From contig JAHISB010000043.1 of NCBI GenBank assembly GCA_018818425.1, positions 1 to 55,527 of the forward strand: a DNA stretch of 55,527 nt, given 5' to 3'. The DNA comes from Patescibacteria group bacterium. GTDB lineage: Bacteria > Patescibacteriota > Patescibacteriia > UBA1558 > UBA10009. Shown one piece after another: positions 28,664-37,299 of the stretch (positions within the stretch are counted from its first letter, which is position 1; each line of letters opens with the position of its first letter). Both the position numbers and the translations under genes were made by a program. Below the pieces are notes generated by a model. The model was not told the origin of the DNA, ran no database searches, and was given only the letters and a program-made list of their open reading frames with translations.

Positions 28664-29914
28664 TTATAATTTATTCTCTTTAACAGCGCTTCTGATCTCT
28701 TTCATTAAATTAATATAAAACTCCAAATTATTCAAGGTGGCTAAGCGCAAAGCCAGCGGTTCGTTGACAGAAAACAGATGGCGAAGATAGGCCTTAGAAT
28801 ATTCTTTGAGTTCGGGGATTTTTGAATTTGGATTGATTGGATTTATATCTCTGGCGAATTTTGCCGACTTAATGTTGATAGTTTGATAAAACAAGGATTG
28901 GGTATTGAAAGTTGCAGCCGACAGCTCGCCTTGATTCGGCGAAGCAGGCCTGGCTGTCGGCTTCCGAGATTTGTTGAAATAATACAGCCGTCCATGCCTG
29001 GCCTCGCGCGTCGGAATCACGCAATCAAACATATCAACGCCCCGCCTAATCGCTTCAACGATTTGCTCCGGATAGCCAACGCCCATCAAATACCGGGGTT
29101 TATCTTCCGGAAGTTCCGGAACAGTATAATCCAATACTTTATACATCTCTTCTGGACTTTCGCCCACTGCCAAGCCGCCGATGGCATAGCCGTCGAAGTT
29201 CAATTTGACTAACTCACGAGCACAGTGTATCCGAAGCTCTTTATATAATGACCCCTGAACTATGGCAAATAAATTACCAAAATTAAAAGAACCAAAAACC
29301 AAATTTTTTGATTTTTGATTTTTGATTTGTTTGTCTCTTTTAGTTTTTAATTTGGAATTTTTATATTCAATACTTTTTTCCGCCCATTTCAGAGTTCTCT
29401 CCACAGCTTCTTGGGCTTTCCCGCGAGCGCAGGGATTAGCTACACACTGATCCAAAACCATGATAATATCTGAACCAAAAATCTTTTGCATTTTAATGAC
29501 TGATACTGGAGTAAAAAGATGCTTTGACCCGTCGTAGACTGACTTAAATTCTACGCCCTTATCTGTAACTTTAACCAGGCCTCCCGGCTGGCTGTCCTGG
29601 CGTTTTCCATCAAGACTGAATACTTGGAAACCGCCGCTATCTGTGAGAATCGGCCCCGGCCAGTTTATGAATCGGCGCAAGCCGCCTGATTTTTTGATTA
29701 TTAATAAGCCCGGTTTTAGATATAAATGATAACTGTTGCCTAAAACAATTTGCGCGCCGATTTTTTTGACTTCTGATGAATTGAGGGTTTTGACGCTGCC
29801 CCTGGTGGCAATGGGCATAAAAAACGGCGTTTGGATTTTGCCGTGGGCCGTTTGTAAAACGCCGGCTCGAGCCAAACTTTTTATTGATTTTTTTGTCAGC
29901 TTAAATAAATTCAT
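28664..29914 (-). CDS. tgt: tRNA-guanine transglycosylase with two insertions and no zinc-ligand residues
   Basis: 416 aa. LTDSGGFQ, AIGGLAVGE, LMGVGYPEQI and GVDMFDCVIPTR motifs are present. See findings for the insertions and the lost CxCxxC...H. Confidence 0.9.
   Translation of the reverse strand: MNLFKLTKKSIKSLARAGVLQTAHGKIQTPFFMPIATRGSVKTLNSSEVKKIGAQIVLGNSYHLYLKPGLLIIKKSGGLRRFINWPGPILTDSGGFQVFSLDGKRQDSQPGGLVKVTDKGVEFKSVYDGSKHLFTPVSVIKMQKIFGSDIIMVLDQCVANPCARGKAQEAVERTLKWAEKSIEYKNSKLKTKRDKQIKNQKSKNLVFGSFNFGNLFAIVQGSLYKELRIHCARELVKLNFDGYAIGGLAVGESPEEMYKVLDYTVPELPEDKPRYLMGVGYPEQIVEAIRRGVDMFDCVIPTREARHGRLYYFNKSRKPTARPASPNQGELSAATFNTQSLFYQTINIKSAKFARDINPINPNSKIPELKEYSKAYLRHLFSVNEPLALRLATLNNLEFYINLMKEIRSAVKENKL
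28914..28964. repeat. REP-like palindrome with expanded loop, in-frame inside tgt
   Basis: AGCCGACAGC (28916-28925) pairs with GCTGTCGGCT (28953-28962). The stem is the same as the GCCGACAGCCAGGCTGTCGGC repeats near the RAYT gene. Confidence 0.7.
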
Positions 29915-30114
29915 TCAATTTTTTAGTTGCTTGCTCCCCATAAGTTAGAAGGATAATCAAAAACTGCCCCGGTGATGCCTGTTTCCTGGTTAGCTACCGA
30001 GATTACTTTGCCTAAACCGAACTTGTCTAATATCTGTTGCGCAATATTATTATTTAACATTTCAGCAAACTTGAATGAAGCGCTATAATGTCCCTCGCTA
30101 ATATCGCCTTGATT

Positions 30115-32088
30115 TTAATCAACTACCACCCTTCCATTGCCTTGGGCTACGGGATCATAAATTAAATCTGATGTTAATAAATTACTGGTTTGAGAAATTG
30201 AATTATTAGACTGTTGTTCTGTAGCTTCTAAAATTGTTGGATTAGTTAAAATTAATAACTGGTTCACCTGCGATGCGTCCGGAGTTGCCGCTACCTCAAA
30301 ACTGGCCATGACCTGCGAGTTGGGCGAAAGGTCGTCGATTAACCAGATTACCTCTTTAGTAGAACCGTCAAATTCCAAAGGCGAGCCCATGGTTACTTCG
30401 GCAGAATCTTCCTGGCCTATAATATAAGGCGGCAAAGTGGTTTTAATTTTAACATCAGAAAGGCCATGGGAGCCGGAAAATAACTTCCAATAAATGCGGT
30501 AACTGGTGGTTTCCCCGATTACCGGCGGCAGGGGCCCGCTGCCCACCTTGGTCTGCTGGTCTAAATAATATTTAGCTTCGGTAATTAGTTTAGCTGAACT
30601 GATAATCGGCAAGACTAAATTTTCCGCAGAAAAAACTTTATGCTTCTCCTGCGACTTGAACGAAAGCGCCGCTATTGCCTCCAGCGCTAATTCCTCCGGG
30701 GAATAATTTATTAAATCTTCCGGTTCGTTTTGCAAGGGAATATTTAAGTTTACTTCCAGCTTGTCGCCCGGCTTTATTTTAGCCAGCTGGTCGGTCCAGC
30801 CGCCGCTGGTAGAAAGCCAGACTAAACTATTGGTTTCCGCATCCAGCTGGGCGTTGGACTGATTATCAAAATTTTCCCAGTCCACAAAATCATTTAAAAA
30901 GGTTAATTTTAAAACCGCCTGATTAATTTCAATTTCGCCGCTGTTTACAATCTCTATTTTATAACCGGCTGCTTCTCCCCAGCCGACTTCCTGTTCTTCA
31001 TCGGCTAATGACAGGATGATATCCACTTTAGGCGCTTCAATTTTTATCTGGCCGGCGGTTTTATATAAATACCTCACCGCCTCTTCGCTCTCCATATCGT
31101 TTGTTATTAAACCGGCCGTAAAATACCATTCCAAAGGATTAGCTAAAGTGGAATCTATGGTACCTTTGATAATCTGTTCCTGCTCTTCGCCGGCTTTTAG
31201 TTCCTCAATTTCCCAGGCGGCGCCAGCTGTTTCCGAATCTGTTTCGCTGACGGCAAAAGCTTCGCCTAAATCGAAGTTGAAAAATAAATTCTCTAAAACT
31301 TCTGTTGAATTATTCTTATATTTAACTTTGAATTCCGCTTCTGCGCCGTCTTCAATTATTTCCGGGGCGGAGGCGGTTACTTTAAGAAGGCTGTCTTTAA
31401 TAGTAACTTTTTTGCTGATGTCTTCCTGAAAATCTGAACTAAAATTTTCCGGCCGATAATGAAAGATGACTTTAAAGTCTTTATTCTCTTTAACTTCGCC
31501 GATCAAATAACCGCTGACTTCGATTATGTCCGTAGCGCCCGGCGGCAAAGGCGCTAAGCGCCAAACATTATTTTCTTCGTTGATGGGCTTTTTATTAGAC
31601 TTAGTAAAATAAAAATTCTCCGGGTATTCTATCACTACTTCCATTTGGCCTAAGGATACTTTATCCAAATTTTCATAAGCCAGGGCTAAAGTAAAATCTT
31701 CGCCGGCTACTGCCTCTTTGGGAGCGGCCAGGGCCAATTTTAAAGATTTGCCCGTCGGCCCCTTGTCGTAAAAAATAAAAAAACCGGCTATGGCTGCGGT
31801 TACTAATAAAAATAACAGAATTATTAAAAAAGATAAAAAAGACAGCTTTTTCTTCATGGAACGGCGGTGAATTTGCTGATAACCCGCTTCGGCTCGGAAG
31901 CGAGACGAGCTGCTTCTGCTGTCGTTAAAATATTTTGGCAGATTCTTTCTTTCCAAACTTTGGCTTCCGCCTCTGCTGGTTGTTTTGCTTTGTGGCCTGG
32001 CTGAACTTGAGGAGGCGGCCGGCCCGCCCGGTTTTTTTAGATTAACGACAATCTTCTTAGTTTTTCTAATGTCCATGCTTTTAGGCAT
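30115..32088 (-). CDS. Large membrane-anchored surface protein with repeated beta-rich modules
   Basis: 657 aa. Basic low-complexity N-terminus, one TM (LSFLSFLIILLFLLVTAAIAGFFIF), then a long extracytoplasmic region. The start overlaps the recO stop by 8 nt. Confidence 0.55.
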   Translation of the reverse strand: MPKSMDIRKTKKIVVNLKKPGGPAASSSSARPQSKTTSRGGSQSLERKNLPKYFNDSRSSSSRFRAEAGYQQIHRRSMKKKLSFLSFLIILLFLLVTAAIAGFFIFYDKGPTGKSLKLALAAPKEAVAGEDFTLALAYENLDKVSLGQMEVVIEYPENFYFTKSNKKPINEENNVWRLAPLPPGATDIIEVSGYLIGEVKENKDFKVIFHYRPENFSSDFQEDISKKVTIKDSLLKVTASAPEIIEDGAEAEFKVKYKNNSTEVLENLFFNFDLGEAFAVSETDSETAGAAWEIEELKAGEEQEQIIKGTIDSTLANPLEWYFTAGLITNDMESEEAVRYLYKTAGQIKIEAPKVDIILSLADEEQEVGWGEAAGYKIEIVNSGEIEINQAVLKLTFLNDFVDWENFDNQSNAQLDAETNSLVWLSTSGGWTDQLAKIKPGDKLEVNLNIPLQNEPEDLINYSPEELALEAIAALSFKSQEKHKVFSAENLVLPIISSAKLITEAKYYLDQQTKVGSGPLPPVIGETTSYRIYWKLFSGSHGLSDVKIKTTLPPYIIGQEDSAEVTMGSPLEFDGSTKEVIWLIDDLSPNSQVMASFEVAATPDASQVNQLLILTNPTILEATEQQSNNSISQTSNLLTSDLIYDPVAQGNGRVVVD

Positions 32089-32740
32089 AAGAAAATATCT
32101 TTAAACTTTTTAATTCGCTTTCCAAAATATAATTAAGAAAGTTAACTGTATAGTCCTCAACTTCTTTTAAAGATGAGACGGAGGTTTTAAAATTATCCGG
32201 ATTTTGCTTCTTAAGCAATTGCTTAATTAATAACTGGTTGGCGGCCGCCGATAACAACGGCAGTTTTTCAAAAACCGAAGAATTGTTGTCAGAGACGCCA
32301 TAACCAGAGGCCTCCAAGAGCTGCCAGATAAATCTTAAAACAGCAATGCGCTTTAGTTCTAAACTACTACTGCCGGCTAAAAAAGGCAAGAGCTTTAAAA
32401 GTATCCAAAAAATTCTCTCGTTAGCCAGGCCCGGCTTAGTGATTTTACCCAAGACTTCCGCTGACAAATTAGCCAAAGCTAAACTGTTTAATTCGCTAAA
32501 ATGAAAAAAGCTTATCAGCTTGGTTCCGGCCAGGGTTTCGTTGCTTTTGCCCCTGACAATCATTACCCGGGCGTGGGAAAACGGCTCTAAATGGCCGGCC
32601 AGCTTGCTGGAGCTTTTGGCCGCCGCTTTAACTAGCACCTCCAGCTTGCCGTAGTCTTTGGTGTAAATAGTATAAAACCTGTCATCCTCAACAAAAGGGC
32701 GCTTGGCAAGAACAATGGCTTCTGTTTTGAAAGTTGACAT
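32081..32740 (-). CDS. recO: DNA repair protein RecO
   Basis: 219 aa with a typical RecO N-terminal OB fold (EAIVLAKRPFVEDDRFYTIYTKDYGKLEVLVKAA). Confidence 0.85.
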   Translation of the reverse strand: MSTFKTEAIVLAKRPFVEDDRFYTIYTKDYGKLEVLVKAAAKSSSKLAGHLEPFSHARVMIVRGKSNETLAGTKLISFFHFSELNSLALANLSAEVLGKITKPGLANERIFWILLKLLPFLAGSSSLELKRIAVLRFIWQLLEASGYGVSDNNSSVFEKLPLLSAAANQLLIKQLLKKQNPDNFKTSVSSLKEVEDYTVNFLNYILESELKSLKIFSYA

Positions 32741-33292
32741 TTATATATAATCAATCTCAATTAATTCTTTTTCTGTTTTGTAATGATTATGAAATGATGA
32801 GTAAGGCCAAGTTATGGGATCGTCAACGATTCGATGCTTAACAGCGTTATAGTTGATGTAATCTATTTTATTATCTAATTCCCGGTCCGAACGAACAATT
32901 CTGTCGTGGAAAGAACGTTGCCAAATGGAATTTAGACATCGTTGGCCTTCTAACCACGCGCCGGGCAGCCGACAGCCAGGCTGTCGGCTGCGGAGATCGT
33001 GGTTATATTTGCGAATATCACGCGCAGTTCGATATTTTATCAACTGCATTATCTTGGAAATATTTTTTCCTCTTCTAGGTAGAATTAATAAATGAACATG
33101 CCAAGGTATAATACAATAGGCGTATAATCTAAATTTTAACTTTCTTCGATAAAAATCAATATTTTTTAATAAAATCTGACAATATTCATTATTGGTAAAT
33201 ATTCTTTGATCATTAATTGTATTTGATGTGACAAAATAAATCTCACCATCAACATTCATTCTTATTTGAGGCATAAAATCGCTTTTCGTCAA
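32741..33292 (-). CDS. IS200-like Y1 (HUH) transposase, REP-associated tyrosine transposase (RAYT)-like
   Basis: HUH motif HVHLLI and C-terminal YINYNAVKH tyrosine helix. The track start is TTG, and an ATG alternative lies at 33274. Contains a REP palindrome in-frame and has two more copies just upstream. Confidence 0.8.
   Translation of the reverse strand: MTKSDFMPQIRMNVDGEIYFVTSNTINDQRIFTNNEYCQILLKNIDFYRRKLKFRLYAYCIIPWHVHLLILPRRGKNISKIMQLIKYRTARDIRKYNHDLRSRQPGCRLPGAWLEGQRCLNSIWQRSFHDRIVRSDRELDNKIDYINYNAVKHRIVDDPITWPYSSFHNHYKTEKELIEIDYI
32965..32991. repeat. Perfect 27-bp REP palindrome inside the RAYT gene
   Basis: GCAGCCGACAGCC A GGCTGTCGGCTGC, encoding SRQPGCRLP. Confidence 0.9.
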
Positions 33293-33304
33293 TTGTTATC
33301 TATC

Positions 33305-33442
33305 CGGCAACCGACAGCCAGGCTGTCGGCTTCGTGGTTCGGTGAATGATTGCTGTCGGCTGCGGATGTGCGGTAGGCAATGGATGTGAGGCAGACAACG
33401 GATGTGCGGCAACCGACAGCCAGGCTGTCGGCTTCGTGGTTC
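33305..33442. repeat. REP cluster: two identical 36-bp units flanking GGATGTG(C/A)GG repeats
   Basis: CGGCAACCGACAGCCAGGCTGTCGGCTTCGTGGTTC at 33305-33340 and 33407-33442. A half-site TGCTGTCGGCTGCGG at 33351-33365. Three copies of an 18-bp GGATGTG... unit lie between them. Confidence 0.9.
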
Positions 33443-33448
33443 CGCAGT

Positions 33449-36400
33449 CTATGACCAAGGCTTAATTCCCAGCCAAATCTTTTCTCCGTTTATTGTAATC
33501 TCTTTGCCTTTTACATCTGGTCTAAATTGCTTTTTAATTTTTATGGAAATCGTATTTTTCAATAAATCATCTTTGTATTTTTCTATAACTTTATCAATAT
33601 AATTTGAATCAGTATAATAAAAAAGGCGAGCAGAGTTTGTAATATTAAAATTTTCTTCTTTCCTTAACTGATTAATGCTCCTGACCAACTCACGATACAT
33701 TCCTTCTTCCTTTAATTCATCGGTTAATTTTGAATCTAATTTAACTGCTAAAGTTTCACCCTTTTCAAAAACAACCTCTTTGACGTTGACTTCGTCTTTG
33801 ATTAAATTGACTAATTCTTCTGATAACTTTTCCGATGTAACAATCAATTGATTTAAGGGCTGCCTAACTTTAACACCTGCCTCATCTCTTTTAGCCAGCG
33901 CCAGTTCAACAATTTTTCTTACCTTGTCCATTTCTTTGATAATGTTTTCATTATATTTTTCTGCTTTAGGCCAACTTTCCAAATGGGCTGACTCTAACTG
34001 ACCGCCTAATTTTTGATACAGCTCTTCGGCCACAAAAGGCGTAAACGGCGCCATTAACTTTGATAATATTGAAAGGCAATAGCCCAGCGTTTGCATGGCC
34101 AATTCTTTATCTTTCTGATCATCGCCCTTAAATCTGTCCCGGCTTCTCCGTAAATACCAGGTGGAAAGCTCATCAATAAAATCTGTGATAGATCTGCCGG
34201 CGCTAAAAATATTATATTCATCAAGATTTTTAGTGATTGTTTCGGTCAGCTGATTTAATTTAGCTAGCGCCCATTCATCCAAAACATTTTTTATTTTCGG
34301 CTGTTTTTCTATAAATTGACTTTTACCTTGATACATCTGATAAAAATTAAGAACATTAAACAGGATTATAAAATTCTTTCTGACCGCTGACTCTACATTT
34401 TTAATGTCAAAATTTTTAGATTCGCCTGGCTGGTTGACTGTATAAAGATGAAAGCGCAAAGCATCGGCTCCCCATTTATTGATGACTTCCATCGGGTCAA
34501 TAATATTGCCTATGCGCTTGGACATTTTTCTGCCCTCGGAATCATTAATATGGCCTAAGCAGATAACATTTTTATAACTGGTTCCCCTTTCCACTAAAAC
34601 ACCAATGGCCAGCATGGTATAAAACCAGCCGCGGGTCTGGTCTATGGCTTCAGCGATAAAATCGGCCGGATAATAATCTTTAGATTCTATTTTCTCTTTA
34701 TTTTCAAAAGGATAGTGATGCTGGGCAAAAGGCATGGAGCCGGAATCAAACCAACAATCCGCCACCTCGGGAACTCTGGACATCTGCCCGCCGCATTGGC
34801 ATTTTAGTTTATATTCATCAATAAACGGACGATGAGGGTCAAAGTCATCTTTTTGAATCAGCGGGCATTGAGTTTCTTCGTAAAGCTCCTGATAACTGCC
34901 GATGACTTTTATTTCTTCGCACTGTTCACATTGCCAGATCGGCAACGGCGTGCCCCAGTATCTTTCGCGGGAAATGGCCCAGTCTTTGACCTGCGCCAGC
35001 CACTCGCCGAACCGGCCCTCTTTAATATGCTCCGGAATCCAGTTGATTTTTTGATTCTCTTTGATTAAATCTTTCTGCAAAGCCGACATTTTAATGAACC
35101 ATGAATTCTTGGCATAATACAACAAAGGCGTATCGCAACGCCAACAAAAGGGATAATCGTGAGTATAGTCTTCTATCGTGAAAAGTAAATTGCGATTTTT
35201 TAAATCTTCAATAATGCCTTGTTCAACTTTTTTGTCTTTAACGAACTGGCCGGCCCATTTTTTTACAGTTGCTTGAAAATTGCCGTTTTCATCAACGGTA
35301 TGATGTTTCGGCAAACCGACCTGGGAACCCAGTTGATAATCATCTTCACCGTACATTACGGCTGTATGAACTATGCCAGTACCGTCTTCGGTAGTAACAA
35401 AATCTGCTTCGTAGACTTTAAAAGCATTTTGATAATTTTCAACTGATTCAGGAATGGCGCCTGGAAACAAGGGTTCATATTCCACGCCGATTAAATCCGA
35501 TCCTTTAAATTCAATAGTCTGAAGATCTTCAATAGAATAGTCAATTGGTAATTCAAAACCATTAAGAATTTTTGTAAAACCAAAATTAAAAGGTTTTGCT
35601 TTAATACTTACAGGATCAGCTTTAAGTTCGTTATATATCTTTTTTGACAGAATTACTTCATCATAAACTGCTTCTTTATTACTATCCCACTCACTTATAA
35701 ATCTTTTTACTTTTACATACTCAATATCCCCCCCGACAGCCAAAGCCACATTGCCCGGCAACGTCCAGGGCGTAGTGGTCCAGGATAAAATATAAGTATT
35801 ATCATTAGTAGTAAAATTCCCGATTTTTTGACCAGACTTGACTTTGAATTTGATATAAACCGACGGCTCGGTGATTGATTTATAGCCCTGCGCTACTTCG
35901 TGCGATGATAAAGCCGTGCCGCAGCGCGGGCATTGAGGCACCACTTTATGACCTTGATACAATAAACCGCGTTCGTGAACTTTTTTGAAAATCCACCATA
36001 GGGTTTCAATATAATCCTTGTGGTAAGTAATGTAAGGATGTTCCAGATCCAGCCAAAAAGCGATCCGTTCCGTCAATTTTTCCCATTCTTCCTGATACCG
36101 CCAGACGCTTTCTTTGCATTCACTATTGAATTTCTCAATGCCAAATTTTTCTATATCCGGCTTGCCTGAAATTTTTAATTTTTTTTCAACTTCCAGTTCA
36201 ACCGGCAGACCGTGAGTGTCCCAGCCGGCTTTGCGTTCTACAAAATAGCCCTGCATAGTTTTGTAGCGGGGAATTAAATCCTTAAAAGCTCTGGCCAGAA
36301 CATGATGAATGCCTGGCTTGCCATTGGCCGTTGGCGGTCCTTCATAAAAAATAAAAGGGCCCTTGACAGACTTCTTTTCTAAAGTCTTTTTGAAAATATT

Positions 36401-36454
36401 TTTATCCTGCCAAAATTTCAGGATTTTTTCTTCTAGTTCCGGAAAATTTATCAT
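33449..36454 (-). CDS. ileS: Isoleucyl-tRNA synthetase
   Basis: 1001 aa. HIGH-type PGIHHVL, KMSKR, CP1 editing domain and Cys clusters. Confidence 0.97.
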   Translation of the reverse strand: MINFPELEEKILKFWQDKNIFKKTLEKKSVKGPFIFYEGPPTANGKPGIHHVLARAFKDLIPRYKTMQGYFVERKAGWDTHGLPVELEVEKKLKISGKPDIEKFGIEKFNSECKESVWRYQEEWEKLTERIAFWLDLEHPYITYHKDYIETLWWIFKKVHERGLLYQGHKVVPQCPRCGTALSSHEVAQGYKSITEPSVYIKFKVKSGQKIGNFTTNDNTYILSWTTTPWTLPGNVALAVGGDIEYVKVKRFISEWDSNKEAVYDEVILSKKIYNELKADPVSIKAKPFNFGFTKILNGFELPIDYSIEDLQTIEFKGSDLIGVEYEPLFPGAIPESVENYQNAFKVYEADFVTTEDGTGIVHTAVMYGEDDYQLGSQVGLPKHHTVDENGNFQATVKKWAGQFVKDKKVEQGIIEDLKNRNLLFTIEDYTHDYPFCWRCDTPLLYYAKNSWFIKMSALQKDLIKENQKINWIPEHIKEGRFGEWLAQVKDWAISRERYWGTPLPIWQCEQCEEIKVIGSYQELYEETQCPLIQKDDFDPHRPFIDEYKLKCQCGGQMSRVPEVADCWFDSGSMPFAQHHYPFENKEKIESKDYYPADFIAEAIDQTRGWFYTMLAIGVLVERGTSYKNVICLGHINDSEGRKMSKRIGNIIDPMEVINKWGADALRFHLYTVNQPGESKNFDIKNVESAVRKNFIILFNVLNFYQMYQGKSQFIEKQPKIKNVLDEWALAKLNQLTETITKNLDEYNIFSAGRSITDFIDELSTWYLRRSRDRFKGDDQKDKELAMQTLGYCLSILSKLMAPFTPFVAEELYQKLGGQLESAHLESWPKAEKYNENIIKEMDKVRKIVELALAKRDEAGVKVRQPLNQLIVTSEKLSEELVNLIKDEVNVKEVVFEKGETLAVKLDSKLTDELKEEGMYRELVRSINQLRKEENFNITNSARLFYYTDSNYIDKVIEKYKDDLLKNTISIKIKKQFRPDVKGKEITINGEKIWLGIKPWS

Positions 36455-36533
36455 AATAGGTTCGTGATTAGTTCGTGAATATTCGTGTCATTTGTGATTA
36501 GTTCGTGAAATATTCGTAAATAATAATAATTAC

Positions 36534-36562
36534 ATCATACTGAAATATTGCTGATAAATCAA
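36534..36562 (-). promoter_or_regulatory. Candidate ileS promoter TTGATT-17-TATGAT
   Basis: Minus-strand -35 at 36562-36557 and -10 at 36539-36534, just downstream of the terminator at 36575-36607. The 5' UTR consists of TTCGTGA word repeats. Confidence 0.35.
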
Positions 36563-36574
36563 GCCATCCATACC

Positions 36575-36607
36575 AAAAAGCCCCCAAGCATAGCAAGGGG
36601 CTTTTTG
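36575..36607 (-). terminator. Hairpin terminator AGCCCC-loop-GGGGCT with flanking A and T runs
   Basis: AAAAAGCCCCCAAGCATAGCAAGGGGCTTTTT. On the minus strand the stem is followed by TTTTT. Confidence 0.5.
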
Positions 36608-36840
36608 ATATTCAAGGAACAATGGGCGCATAACCCAATAATTTATTACGATTTGCGATTTGCGATTTAAAAAAGCATAGCTCTAATGGTCTGCCACAAA
36701 TTCTGTTTAACCAACGCCCGGCGCCTATAACAGCGCGGCCAGCCGACAATCTTAATTTTCTGGCACGATATTTTAGGATGATAAATTTTCTTAGTTTCTT
36801 TTTTATTCATAGGGTGTGGTGGGTAGGGCGTAGGGTGTGA

Positions 36841-37071
36841 TTAACGATTAACGATCTTCCTTATTTCATCAATGCGCAGGCGCTTTTGGTATTGAAGCTT
36901 TTGAATTTTTTTAATCTGGCTGACGGCGTAGCTTTCGTTATACAAGCGATACCCGCCCTGGCTGCGAGCCGCTTCTTTTAACAAGCCTTCGTTAGTATAA
37001 AAATTAATGGTCGAAGGCAAAACCCCGACTTTGCGGGATAATTCACCGATTTTTAAAAGTTTTCCTGGCAT
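36841..37071 (-). CDS. MerR-family HTH transcriptional regulator (short)
   Basis: 76 aa. LKIGELSRKVGVLPSTINFYTNEGLL ... GGYRLY is a typical MerR N-domain. Confidence 0.75.
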   Translation of the reverse strand: MPGKLLKIGELSRKVGVLPSTINFYTNEGLLKEAARSQGGYRLYNESYAVSQIKKIQKLQYQKRLRIDEIRKIVNR

Positions 37072-37185
37072 TTTTTTGTTTTTATTTCCGAACAGGCATA
37101 TTTATCCACATATATCACCTGCTACTATATATCATATCATATAAACTATAAAGTGTAAAGCGGTACTTTCTACTTTATGGTTTAT

Positions 37186-37225
37186 TCCGCACCTTCCCTG
37201 AATACCCCGCAGGAAAGTGCGGGAT
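37186..37225. repeat. CCGCACCTTCC / CCCCGCAGG hairpin element (short copy)
   Basis: TCCGCACCTTCC-CTGAATACCCCGCA-GGAAAGTGCGGGA. It resembles the reverse complement of 55497-55526. Confidence 0.6.
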
Positions 37226-37299
37226 TTATATAAATTAAAAATGACCCTTACAGGCCACTGCTCCAATCTAATATTCAAATAGTCAAATAATCTAATATT

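Noticed and set aside
36455-36660. T-box or other riboswitch leaders upstream of ileS, metG and glyQS
   Set aside because: I found no T-box consensus (GGTGGTACCGCG-like) or specifier/antiterminator architecture by eye. The leaders consist of short-word repeats instead. I have not run a covariance-model search, so this is a weak rejection.
36667-36810. 47-codon basic ORF MNKKETKKIYHPKISCQKIKIVGWPRCYRRRALVKQNLWQTIRAMLF downstream of the MerR gene
   Set aside because: It is below the ORF-track cutoff, has no Shine-Dalgarno-like sequence upstream and no recognisable family. It is possibly real, since it lies within the merR transcription unit before the 36575-36607 terminator, but it is unsupported.
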